Below are positions 7,922 through 15,273 of a DNA stretch of 24,000 nucleotides, piece after piece. Within the stretch, counting starts at the first letter, position 1, and every line of letters starts with the position of its first letter. This DNA comes from Halofilum sp. (in: g-proteobacteria) (GTDB lineage: Bacteria; Pseudomonadota; Gammaproteobacteria; XJ16; Halofilaceae): the NCBI GenBank assembly GCA_034520925.1, contig JAXHNC010000004.1, forward strand, positions 17,106 through 41,105. Reading direction: 5' to 3'. The notes below the pieces were generated by a model. The model ran no database searches and had not been told where the DNA came from. It saw only the letters and a program-made list of their open reading frames with translations. The position numbers were made by a program, and so were the translations under genes.

Positions 7922-10536
7922 AAATACTCGAACATCGCGCCCTGCGCGGACCGAACTATTACAGCCGCTACCTCACCATCTTCATGCGCCTCGATATCGA
8001 GGACCTGGAGGACCGGCCCAGCGACACTATCCCCGGAATCGTGGAACGGCTGCAGGAACTGATCCCGACCATCCACGACCACCGCTGCTCCGTCGGGCGC
8101 CCCGGCGGTTTCCTCGAGCGGGTCCGCCGCGGCACCTGGGCCGGCCACGTGGTCGAACACGTCTCGATCGAATTCCAGAACATGATCGGGTTCTCCGTGG
8201 GCTACGGCAAAACGGTCGACTCCTACGAACCGGGCATCTATAACGTCTGCTATCGCTACCGCGACGAGTCCTGCGGTCTGGCGGCGGGACGCGAGGCGGT
8301 GGATTTCGTCCGCCGTCTGTTCGACGGTGACGAGGTCGACGTGGACGCCATCATCACGCGCCTCAAGGAAGTGCGCGATGCCCACATGCTGGGTCCATCG
8401 ACGGCGGCGATCGTCAATGCGGCCAAGGCGCGCGACATCCCGTATCAGCGACTGAGCGACGAAAGCAGCTATATCCAGCTCGGCCACGGCCATCTGCAGC
8501 AGCGCTTCCAGGCGACCGTGACCTGGCGCTCGAGCCTGATCGGCTACGGCATCGCCGACGACAAGAGCTGGACCAAGCAGATCCTCGGCGACGCCGGCAT
8601 CCCGGTCCCCATGGGCCAGATCTGCTATTCGTTCGATGAAGCGCTGGAAGCGGCCCGTTGGCTCGGCTACCCGGTCGCGACGAAACCCCTGGTCGGGAAC
8701 CATGGCCGGGGCGTCAGCACCGACATCAATGACGACGCCGCGCTGCGCGAGGGCTACGACGCCGCCTACCACCGTCACGAGACGGTGGTGGTCGAGCAGT
8801 ACGTCAAGGGCGAGGACCATCGCCTGCTGGTCGTCGACGGCAAGCTCATCGCCGCCGCCCGGCGCCGTCCGGCCCACGTCACCGGCGACGGCGAATCGAC
8901 GCTGCAGGAACTGATCGACACGGAGAACCAGGATCCGCGCCGCGGGGTCGGCCACGAGAATCTGCTCACGCAGATCCACGTCGACGAGCAGACCCACCGA
9001 CTGATCGCGCAGCAGGAATTGACGCTCAAAAGCGTCATCCCGGACGGCCAGATCGTGTGGCTGAAGTCGACCGCCAACCTCAGCACCGGCGGCACCGCCA
9101 CCGACGTGACCGACGACGTGCATCCCGAGGTCCATTACGCCGCCGAGCGCATCGCGCGCCTGATCGGCCTCGATATCATCGGCATCGACCTGCTCGCCGA
9201 GACCCTGAGCAAGCCGCTCGACCAGCAGTCCGCCGGCGTCGTCGAGGTGAACGCCGGCCCCGGTTTCCGCATGCACACCTCGCCGACCCACGGCCAGGGC
9301 CGCGATGTCGGCAGGCACGTGGTCGACATGCTGTTCCCGGACCCGGCCAACAACGGCCGTATCCCGATCACCGCGATCACGGGCACCAACGGCAAGACCA
9401 CGACCGCGCGCCTGATCTCGCACATCCTGCGCCAGTCCGGCCGCAAGACCGGCCTCGGCTGTACCGGTACGATCGAGATCGACAACCATGTCGTCATGCG
9501 CGGCGACTACAGCGGCCCCGGCGCGGCCAGTGCCGTGCTCAAGGAACCGACGGTCGAGCACGCCGTGCTCGAGGTCGCGCGCGGCGGCATCATGCGCCGC
9601 GGTCTCGGCTTCGACGAATGCGAGGTCGGCGTGCTGCTCAACATCGCCAGCGACCATCTGGGCGAGCGCGATATCCATACACTCGATGAACTCGCGCGCT
9701 GCAAGACGGTCGTGATCGACGCCGTGCGCCAGGGCGGTACCGCCGTCATCAACGCCGATGACGAGCGCTGCCTCGAGGGCGCGCAATGGGCCCGCGGCGA
9801 CATCATCTACTTCACGCTGGACCCCGATTCGCGCCCGGTGCGCCAGCACGTGCGCGAGCACGGCGTCGCCTACACCGTGAAGGACGATTACATCGTCATG
9901 CGCCAGGGGCACGTCGAGGCGCAGATCATCCACGTCGCCGACGTGCCGATCACCTTCGCGGGGCATGCGCGCTTCAACGTCGCCAATGCGCTCGCCGCGG
10001 CGGCCGCCGCCCACGGACTCGGTCTCAACGCGGCCGATATCCAGATGGGCCTGCAGACCTTCCATCCGACGCCCGGCCAGAACCCGGGGCGGACCAACCT
10101 GATCGACGCCGACGGCGTGAAGGTCCTGATCGACTACGGTCACAACGTCCCCGCCCTGGAAGCGCTCGATACGCTGGTCAGCAACCTGAGCGCGCATCGG
10201 CGCATCTGTGTGGCCAGCGCGCCCGGCAATCGCCGCGACGAGGATATCTACGCCCTCGGCGCTCAGATCGGCAAAATGCACGACATGCTGTTCGTCTGCG
10301 AAACCCACCCGCGCGGACGCGAGCTCGGCGAGGCGGCCGGCCTGGTCAAGAGCGGCGCCGATGCCGAGGGTTCGTGCACGACCGAGATCGTCATGGGCGA
10401 GGAGGACGCCGTCGAACGCGCCCTGGACGAGGCGAAGGAAGGCGACCTGCTGGTACTGCTGGTCGACGATCTCGAAGGCGCGACCCAGAAGGTGAAGAGC
10501 CGCAGCTTCCGTACGGCGACGCTTTCGGGCGGCTGA
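7918..10536 (+). CDS. cphA: Cyanophycin synthetase
   Basis: The 872-aa product starts MKILEHRALRGPNYYSRY..MRLDIEDLEDRPS, a typical CphA N-terminus. It has an ATP-grasp middle region and a Mur-ligase-like C-terminal part (ITGTNGKTTT). Its ATG overlaps the cphB stop (ATGA at 7918-7921). Confidence 0.95.
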   Translation: MKILEHRALRGPNYYSRYLTIFMRLDIEDLEDRPSDTIPGIVERLQELIPTIHDHRCSVGRPGGFLERVRRGTWAGHVVEHVSIEFQNMIGFSVGYGKTVDSYEPGIYNVCYRYRDESCGLAAGREAVDFVRRLFDGDEVDVDAIITRLKEVRDAHMLGPSTAAIVNAAKARDIPYQRLSDESSYIQLGHGHLQQRFQATVTWRSSLIGYGIADDKSWTKQILGDAGIPVPMGQICYSFDEALEAARWLGYPVATKPLVGNHGRGVSTDINDDAALREGYDAAYHRHETVVVEQYVKGEDHRLLVVDGKLIAAARRRPAHVTGDGESTLQELIDTENQDPRRGVGHENLLTQIHVDEQTHRLIAQQELTLKSVIPDGQIVWLKSTANLSTGGTATDVTDDVHPEVHYAAERIARLIGLDIIGIDLLAETLSKPLDQQSAGVVEVNAGPGFRMHTSPTHGQGRDVGRHVVDMLFPDPANNGRIPITAITGTNGKTTTARLISHILRQSGRKTGLGCTGTIEIDNHVVMRGDYSGPGAASAVLKEPTVEHAVLEVARGGIMRRGLGFDECEVGVLLNIASDHLGERDIHTLDELARCKTVVIDAVRQGGTAVINADDERCLEGAQWARGDIIYFTLDPDSRPVRQHVREHGVAYTVKDDYIVMRQGHVEAQIIHVADVPITFAGHARFNVANALAAAAAAHGLGLNAADIQMGLQTFHPTPGQNPGRTNLIDADGVKVLIDYGHNVPALEALDTLVSNLSAHRRICVASAPGNRRDEDIYALGAQIGKMHDMLFVCETHPRGRELGEAAGLVKSGADAEGSCTTEIVMGEEDAVERALDEAKEGDLLVLLVDDLEGATQKVKSRSFRTATLSGG

Positions 10537-10539
10537 CCA

Positions 10540-10597
10540 TTCGCGGGCAAGCCCGCTCCTACAGGCTGGTTTCCGTAGGAGCGGGCTTGCCCGCGAA
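10540..10597. repeat. REP doublet (REPIN-like): two inverted GTAGGAGCGGGCTTGCCCGCGAA units
   Basis: 10540-10562 is the exact reverse complement of 10575-10597 (23 bp) with a 12-nt loop. Each unit has a GTAG head and the internal palindrome GCGGGC-TT-GCCCGC. It starts 4 nt after the cphA stop. Confidence 0.8.
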
Positions 10598-10663
10598 CGT
10601 ACCCGCAGGGCACTACAACGCCACTGACGCTTACCGAAACGACGCGCTCCCCGGACCCTTCCG

Positions 10664-11827
10664 ATGACAGCCCGCACCGAACCCCTTCTCACCCTCCTGC
10701 GCGTCGGCGCCATCCACGCGCCCGAAGCGCTCGACGCCACGGAGATCCTGATCGCCGACGGCCGCATCGCCGCGCTCGGCCACGGCCTGACCGTCCCGCC
10801 GGACTGGCCGGTAGAAGTCATCGACGCCCCCGACCTCACCGCGATCCCCGCCCTGATCGATCAACACGCCCACGTCACCGGCGGCGGCGGCGAGGGCGGC
10901 TGCGGCACGCGCTGCCCCGCCATGACCGCCACCGATATCGCCTGCATGGGCATCGGCACCGTCGTCGGGGTCCTCGGGACCGACAGCGTCAGCCGCTCGC
11001 CGGCGGACCTGCTGGCCGGCGTCCGGGGCCTGCGCGCCGATGGCATCGACGCGTACATGTACACCGGCGCCTATCGCGTCCCGCCGCCCACGCTGACCGG
11101 CGATGTCCAGCGCGACCTCGCCTGGATCCCCGAAGTGATCGGCGTCGGCGAGATCGCCATCTCCGACCATCGCTCGAGCCAGCCCACGCAGGACGAGATC
11201 GCGCGCCTGGTCAGCGAGGCCCGTGTCGGCGGCATGCTCGCCGGCAAGCGCGGTATCTGCCACTTCCACGTGGGCGACGGCCGCCGCGGCCTCGAACCGC
11301 TGCGCCGGCTGCTGTCGGAGACCGAGATCCCGCCGGACCAGGTCATCCCGACCCACGTGAACCGGCGCCACGAACTGCTGGAAGAGGCCGCCGAATACGC
11401 CAAGATGTTCGGGGCGACCGTCGACGTCACCGCCTTCGACGATTGCCCGGGCGACAGCGAATTCTCCGCCTACAACGCAGTGGTCGAACTGCTGCGCTCC
11501 GGGGTCCCGGCCGAGCGCATCACCCTCAGCTCCGACTGCAACGGCAGCCTGCCGGAATTCGATGCCAACGGCGATTACGCCGGCATGCGCGTCGCCCGCA
11601 ACACCGAACTGCTCGGCGCCTGGCAGAAGCTCGTGCGCGACGGCGTCCTGCCGCTCGAACAGGCGCTCGGCCTGGTGGCCGGCAACGTCGCCCGCGTGCT
11701 CGGTCTGCAACACCGCAAGGGCCGGCTGGCCACGGGTTTCGCCGCCGATATCGCGCTGCTCGATGCGGATCTGCAGCCACGACAGACCTTCGTCGGCGGA
11801 CGGCGGGTCTTCGTCGACGCCGACTGA
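10664..11827 (+). CDS. iadA: Isoaspartyl (beta-aspartyl) dipeptidase
   Basis: The 387-aa product is collinear with E. coli IadA as I recall it: LIDQHAHVTGGGGEGG, GTDSVSRSP, TGAYRVP, ISDHRSS, THVNRR, TLSSDCNGS. Confidence 0.9.
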   Translation: MTARTEPLLTLLRVGAIHAPEALDATEILIADGRIAALGHGLTVPPDWPVEVIDAPDLTAIPALIDQHAHVTGGGGEGGCGTRCPAMTATDIACMGIGTVVGVLGTDSVSRSPADLLAGVRGLRADGIDAYMYTGAYRVPPPTLTGDVQRDLAWIPEVIGVGEIAISDHRSSQPTQDEIARLVSEARVGGMLAGKRGICHFHVGDGRRGLEPLRRLLSETEIPPDQVIPTHVNRRHELLEEAAEYAKMFGATVDVTAFDDCPGDSEFSAYNAVVELLRSGVPAERITLSSDCNGSLPEFDANGDYAGMRVARNTELLGAWQKLVRDGVLPLEQALGLVAGNVARVLGLQHRKGRLATGFAADIALLDADLQPRQTFVGGRRVFVDAD

Positions 11828-11849
11828 AGCGGCCCGCGGAGCGGATCGC

Positions 11850-12716
11850 ATGTCCCACGTGGCCGAGGAAATCGAGCTGCCGGTCGGCCCATTGCGGCTC
11901 GCCGCGCGCGTCCATGGTCCCGCCGACGGCATCCCCGTCCTCGCGCTCCATGGCTGGCTCGACAACGCCGCCAGCTTCGAACCGCTGGCACCGCTGCTGG
12001 ACGGCGTCCGCCTGGTCGCGCTCGACCTCCCCGGCCACGGGCACTCCGATCACCGGCCACCCGGCACGCATTACCACTTCGTCGATTACGTCGAAGACGT
12101 GCTCGGCGCCGCCGACGCCCTGGGCTGGGATCGATTCGCCCTGCTCGGCCACTCGCTGGGCGGCGCCGTGGCCACCTTCGTCGCCGGCGCCTGCCCCGAG
12201 CGCATCACCCGCCTCGGCCTGATCGAGGCCCTCGGCCCGCTCACCGAGCACCCGAACGAAGCACCACGGCGCCTGGCCCATGCGCTGGAGCGGGCACGGG
12301 TGCGCAGCGAGCGACCGGCGCGGACGTACCCCAGGATCGAACAGGCGATCGAGGCCCGACAGGCCGCCGGCGGGCTGGATGAGCCCGCCGCCCGCCTGCT
12401 GGTCGAGCGCGCCACGGTCGCGGTCGAAGGCGGTGTCCAGTGGCGCAGCGACCGCCGCCTGCGCCTGCCGGCCCCGTACCGCTTCACCGAGGATCAGGTC
12501 GTCGCCGTATTGCGTGCCATCCGCGCACCGACCCGTCTGATCGTCGCCGACCGCGGCCTGCTGCCAATGGAACGACCGGCACTCGAACAACGCGTCGCGG
12601 CCATCGACGACCTCACGATCGACCACCTCGAAGGCCACCACCACCTGCACATGGAGACGCCACGGCCCGTGGCCGACGCGCTCGGACCATTCCTCGCGGC
12701 GCCGCTGCGGCCGTAG
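11850..12716 (+). CDS. Alpha/beta-fold hydrolase
   Basis: ATG at 11850 with GGAG 8 nt upstream, 22 nt after the iadA stop. HGWLDNAASF, the GHSLGG nucleophile elbow and a C-terminal His region are present. The upstream part of the track ORF (from 11562) is the iadA out-of-frame shadow. Confidence 0.85.
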   Translation: MSHVAEEIELPVGPLRLAARVHGPADGIPVLALHGWLDNAASFEPLAPLLDGVRLVALDLPGHGHSDHRPPGTHYHFVDYVEDVLGAADALGWDRFALLGHSLGGAVATFVAGACPERITRLGLIEALGPLTEHPNEAPRRLAHALERARVRSERPARTYPRIEQAIEARQAAGGLDEPAARLLVERATVAVEGGVQWRSDRRLRLPAPYRFTEDQVVAVLRAIRAPTRLIVADRGLLPMERPALEQRVAAIDDLTIDHLEGHHHLHMETPRPVADALGPFLAAPLRP

Positions 12717-12940
12717 GCCGGCTTGCGACCGAAGGGAGCCTGCCGGCGGTCGACGTTGCGGTGCTTGTACAAGGGGCCCATCAGGAGAAAGTCAAAATCG
12801 CCTCTCGCCAAGGCGCGGAGCGCGCCAAGAGAAGGCAAAACCAAGAAAAGACAAGCCAGGGGAAGGCAGAAGAGAAGGCGGTGCATGCCGGCTGTTGCCT
12901 GACGCATGCACCTGTACACGACCGTCACCTCGACTGCACC
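12712..12940 (+). repeat. Tandem repeat unit 1 (229 bp) of the REP-like mosaic
   Basis: Module A is a GTAG-head REP (CGTAGGCCGGCTTGCGACCGAAGGGAGCCTGCCGGCGG). It is followed by the CTTGTACAAG palindrome. Module B is AGGAGAAAGTCAAAATCGCCTCTCGCCAAGGCGCGGAGCGCGCCAAG. A purine-rich tract follows, then hairpin C (GGTGCATGC..GCATGCACC, 12880-12912). Confidence 0.85.
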
Positions 12941-13151
12941 CGTAGGCCGGCTTGCGACCGAAGGGAGCCTGCCGGCGGTCAATGTTGCGGGCTTGTACAA
13001 GGGGCCCATCAGGAGAAAGTCAAAATCGCCTCTCGCCAAGGCGCGGAGCGCGCCAAGGGAAAGCAGACCAGGGGAAGGCAGAAGAGAAGGCGGTGCATGC
13101 CGGCTGTTGCCTGACGGCATGCACCTGTACAGGACCGTGACCTCGACCGCC
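12941..13151 (+). repeat. Tandem repeat unit 2 of the REP-like mosaic
   Basis: Same module order as unit 1. It is near-identical except for a ~16-nt indel in the purine tract and a handful of substitutions. Hairpin C lies at 13092-13125. Confidence 0.85.
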
Positions 13152-13155
13152 GTCA

Positions 13156-13272
13156 AGCTCCCTTCGGTCGCAAGCCGGCCTACGGCGTTCCCTACGGATT
13201 TCCTGCCTTGCCTTGGTTTTGCCTTTCCTTGGCGCGCTCCGCGCCTTGGCGAGAGACGATTTTGACTTTCTC
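13156..13272 (-). repeat. Inverted partial copies of modules A (13156-13184) and B (13212-13272)
   Basis: The reverse complement of 13156-13184 reads CGTAGGCCGGCTTGCGACCGAAGGGAGCT. The reverse complement of 13212-13272 reads GAGAAAGTCAAAATCGTCTCTCGCCAAGGCGCGGAGCGCGCCAAGGAAAGGCAAAACCAAG. Confidence 0.8.
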
Positions 13273-13304
13273 GCGATAACCCGCCTATACGGCGGGAACG
13301 ATCC

Positions 13305-13319
13305 CGGACATAATGTCCG
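13305..13319. promoter_or_regulatory. Perfect 15-bp palindrome CGGACATAATGTCCG, candidate autoregulatory operator of the methyltransferase
   Basis: A 7-1-7 palindrome read directly from the sequence. It overlaps the first ATG of the dcm ORF (13313). The half sites GGACA/TGTCC and their spacing resemble the operator I recall for M.SsoII-type methyltransferases. Confidence 0.45.
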
Positions 13320-14656
13320 CACTCTTTCCCACCGGCACTGCGACCATGACGGACGCCCCCGACGCCGACCGCGCCCTGCGTTCCGCGCTCCAGTTGTTCA
13401 CGCCGACGGAACTCGCCCGCGGCCTTGGCGTCAGCGACCGCACCGTGCGCCGCTGGACGCGCCGGAACCCCGCGATCCCGGCGCACTGGTCCGCGGCGAT
13501 CGGCGGACTCATGCGCGACTGGACCGCCAACGCCCCCGCCGGCGCGGGCGCGTTCCGCTTCATCGATCTGTTCGCCGGGATCGGCGGCCTCCGCCGCGGC
13601 TTCGAGGACGCCGGCGGGCACTGCGTGTTCTCGAGCGAGTGGGACCGCTTCGCCCTGCAGACCTACCGCGCGAACTTCGGCAACGAGGATGAAGAGATCC
13701 ACGCGGACCTGCGCGAGATCACTGCCGCGTCCGAGGACACGGCGACCAACAGCCGCAACATCCGCGCGCGGATACCGGATCACGACGTGCTGCTGGCCGG
13801 CTTTCCCTGTCAGCCCTTCTCGCTCGCCGGCGTGTCGAAAAAGAACAGCCTGGGCCGCAAGCACGGTTTCATGTGCGAGGCGCAGGGCACGCTGTTCTTC
13901 GATGTCGCCCGGATCCTGGAGGTCAAACGCCCGCGCGCCTTCCTGCTGGAGAACGTGAAGAATCTGCGCAGCCACGACGGCGGGCGGACGTATCAGGTCA
14001 TCCGCCGCGTCCTCGAGGAAGACCTCGGCTACCGCGTATACGATCGGGTCATCGACGCGAAGGGCTTCGTCCCGCAGCACCGCGAGCGCATCTACATGGT
14101 CGGCTTCCGCGAGGACGCGCCGTTCTCCTGGGACCAGTTGTCATTCCCGGAGCCGATGGCGCGCACGCTTGGCGAGATCCTGCACCCGGAGGACGGCAGC
14201 GAGACGCCCGAGCGGCATTACACCGTCGGCGACCAGGCCGAGGTGGCGGATCGCTACACCCTCAGCGCGCACCTGTGGCAATACCTGCAGGACTACCGGA
14301 AGAAGCACGAGGCGGCCGGCAACGGCTTCGGCTTCAGCCGCGTCGGACCGGGCGACACCACGCGCACGCTGTCGGCGCGCTACCACAAGGATGGCTCGGA
14401 GATCCTGGTCGACCGCGGCGAAGGGCAGCGGCCGCGCCGGCTGACGCCGCGCGAGTGCGCCCGCCTGATGGGGTTCGACGACGACTTCGCGATCCCCGTT
14501 TCCGACACCCAGGCCTACCGGCAATTCGGCAACTCCGTCGCCGTGCCGGTGGTCCGCGAGATCGCCCGCGTCATGATCCCGCAGGTGCTGGCCCAGATGC
14601 AGGCCGACCGCAATGCACCCCAGCTCCGGTTGCCGATGGAGACCGTCCCGGCATGA
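13313..14656 (+). CDS. dcm: DNA (cytosine-5)-methyltransferase, Dcm/EcoRII-SsoII family, with N-terminal HTH region
   Basis: Motif I FIDLFAGIGG, motif IV GFPCQPFSLAG, motif VI LLENVKNL and motif X QFGNSVAVPV are all present. From memory it is collinear with E. coli Dcm through TRTLSARYHKDGSEILVDRG and RPRRLTPRECARLMGF. The N-terminal 70-80 aa contain ELARGLGVSDRTVRRW. The start could instead be the ATG at 13346. Confidence 0.9.
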   Translation: MSALFPTGTATMTDAPDADRALRSALQLFTPTELARGLGVSDRTVRRWTRRNPAIPAHWSAAIGGLMRDWTANAPAGAGAFRFIDLFAGIGGLRRGFEDAGGHCVFSSEWDRFALQTYRANFGNEDEEIHADLREITAASEDTATNSRNIRARIPDHDVLLAGFPCQPFSLAGVSKKNSLGRKHGFMCEAQGTLFFDVARILEVKRPRAFLLENVKNLRSHDGGRTYQVIRRVLEEDLGYRVYDRVIDAKGFVPQHRERIYMVGFREDAPFSWDQLSFPEPMARTLGEILHPEDGSETPERHYTVGDQAEVADRYTLSAHLWQYLQDYRKKHEAAGNGFGFSRVGPGDTTRTLSARYHKDGSEILVDRGEGQRPRRLTPRECARLMGFDDDFAIPVSDTQAYRQFGNSVAVPVVREIARVMIPQVLAQMQADRNAPQLRLPMETVPA

Positions 14657-15108
14657 CCGACATCATGGACGCGGCCACCCGCAGCCGCCTCATGGCCCGC
14701 GTCCGCGCCACCGACACGAAACCCGAGATCGCCCTGCGCCGGGCGTTGTTCGCGCTCGGCTTCCGTTACCGCCTTTACCGCAAGGACCTGCCCGGCAAGC
14801 CGGACATCGTGTTACCGAAATACCACGCCGTGATCTTCATCCACGGCTGCTTCTGGCATGGGCATGACTGCGAGTTGTTCCGGCTGCCGAAGACGCGCCC
14901 GGAATTCTGGCGCGCGAAGATCGATGCCAACCGCGAACGCGACGCCCGCAACCGGGTGCGCCTGAAAGAGGCCGGCTGGCGCTCGCTGGAGATATGGGAA
15001 TGCGCCATGCGCGGCCACGGCCGCTGGGATTTCGAACAGCTCGTGCGCGCCGTCAGCGATTGGCTGATTTCGAATCACGACAGCACCGAAGTTCACGGGC
15101 GGGGCTGA
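14653..15108 (+). CDS. vsr: Very short patch repair endonuclease
   Basis: The 151-aa product has ATRSRLMARVRATDTKPE, GKPDIVLPKY, FIHGCFWHGH, RPEFWRAKI and LEIWECA, matching E. coli Vsr as I recall it. Its ATG overlaps the dcm stop (ATGA at 14653-14656). Confidence 0.95.
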   Translation: MTDIMDAATRSRLMARVRATDTKPEIALRRALFALGFRYRLYRKDLPGKPDIVLPKYHAVIFIHGCFWHGHDCELFRLPKTRPEFWRAKIDANRERDARNRVRLKEAGWRSLEIWECAMRGHGRWDFEQLVRAVSDWLISNHDSTEVHGRG

Positions 15109-15138
15109 GCGCCGCGCAGGGCGCATGGGCGGAACGGA

Positions 15139-15273
15139 ACGTAGGCCGGTTTTCCCCGGCGGCGGTCGCATTCCCGGCATGCATCGCCATCCGCCGCCGG
15201 GGAATGCCGGCATTGCGCGGTGATATGCCGTGGCCGATGCCACCGCCACGAACCGCGCAAAACCGGCCTACGT
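15139..15273. repeat. 135-bp nested-hairpin REPIN/MITE-like element
   Basis: Outer perfect 15-bp inverted repeat ACGTAGGCCGGTTTT (15139-15153) / AAAACCGGCCTACGT (15259-15273). Inner perfect 12-bp inverted repeat CCCCGGCGGCGG (15154-15165) / CCGCCGCCGGGG (15191-15202). A 12-bp palindrome AATGCCGGCATT lies at 15203-15214. The element sits between the convergent vsr and channel genes. Confidence 0.7.

Noticed and set aside
7507-10839. 1110-aa ORF on the minus strand
   Set aside because: It is antisense to cphB/cphA. The product is Arg/Ala/Gly/Val/Asp-rich with no recognisable motif, typical of a stop-free shadow frame opposite a GC3-rich gene, whereas the plus-strand products have unmistakable family signatures.
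10631-11965. 444-aa minus-strand ORF, together with 11526-12650 (-) and 1830-3284 (-)
   Set aside because: These are shadow ORFs opposite iadA, the hydrolase and the GGDEF-EAL gene respectively. None has a family signature.
12783-12880. Purine-rich, GGA-containing tract as a CsrA/RsmA-sponge sRNA
   Set aside because: I count about four GGA motifs per 229-bp unit, roughly what this base composition gives by chance. There is no GacA-box-like upstream element (TGTAAG-N6-CTTACA) and no U-tract terminator.
12712-13151. Possible CRISPR array
   Set aside because: The repeat period is 229 bp and the whole unit is repeated, so there are no short repeats alternating with unique spacers. No cas genes are present.
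12494-14080. 528-aa ORF on the minus strand
   Set aside because: It runs antisense through dcm and then straight through the repeat mosaic. The repeated peptide LGALRALARGDFDFLLMGPLYK is just translated repeat DNA.
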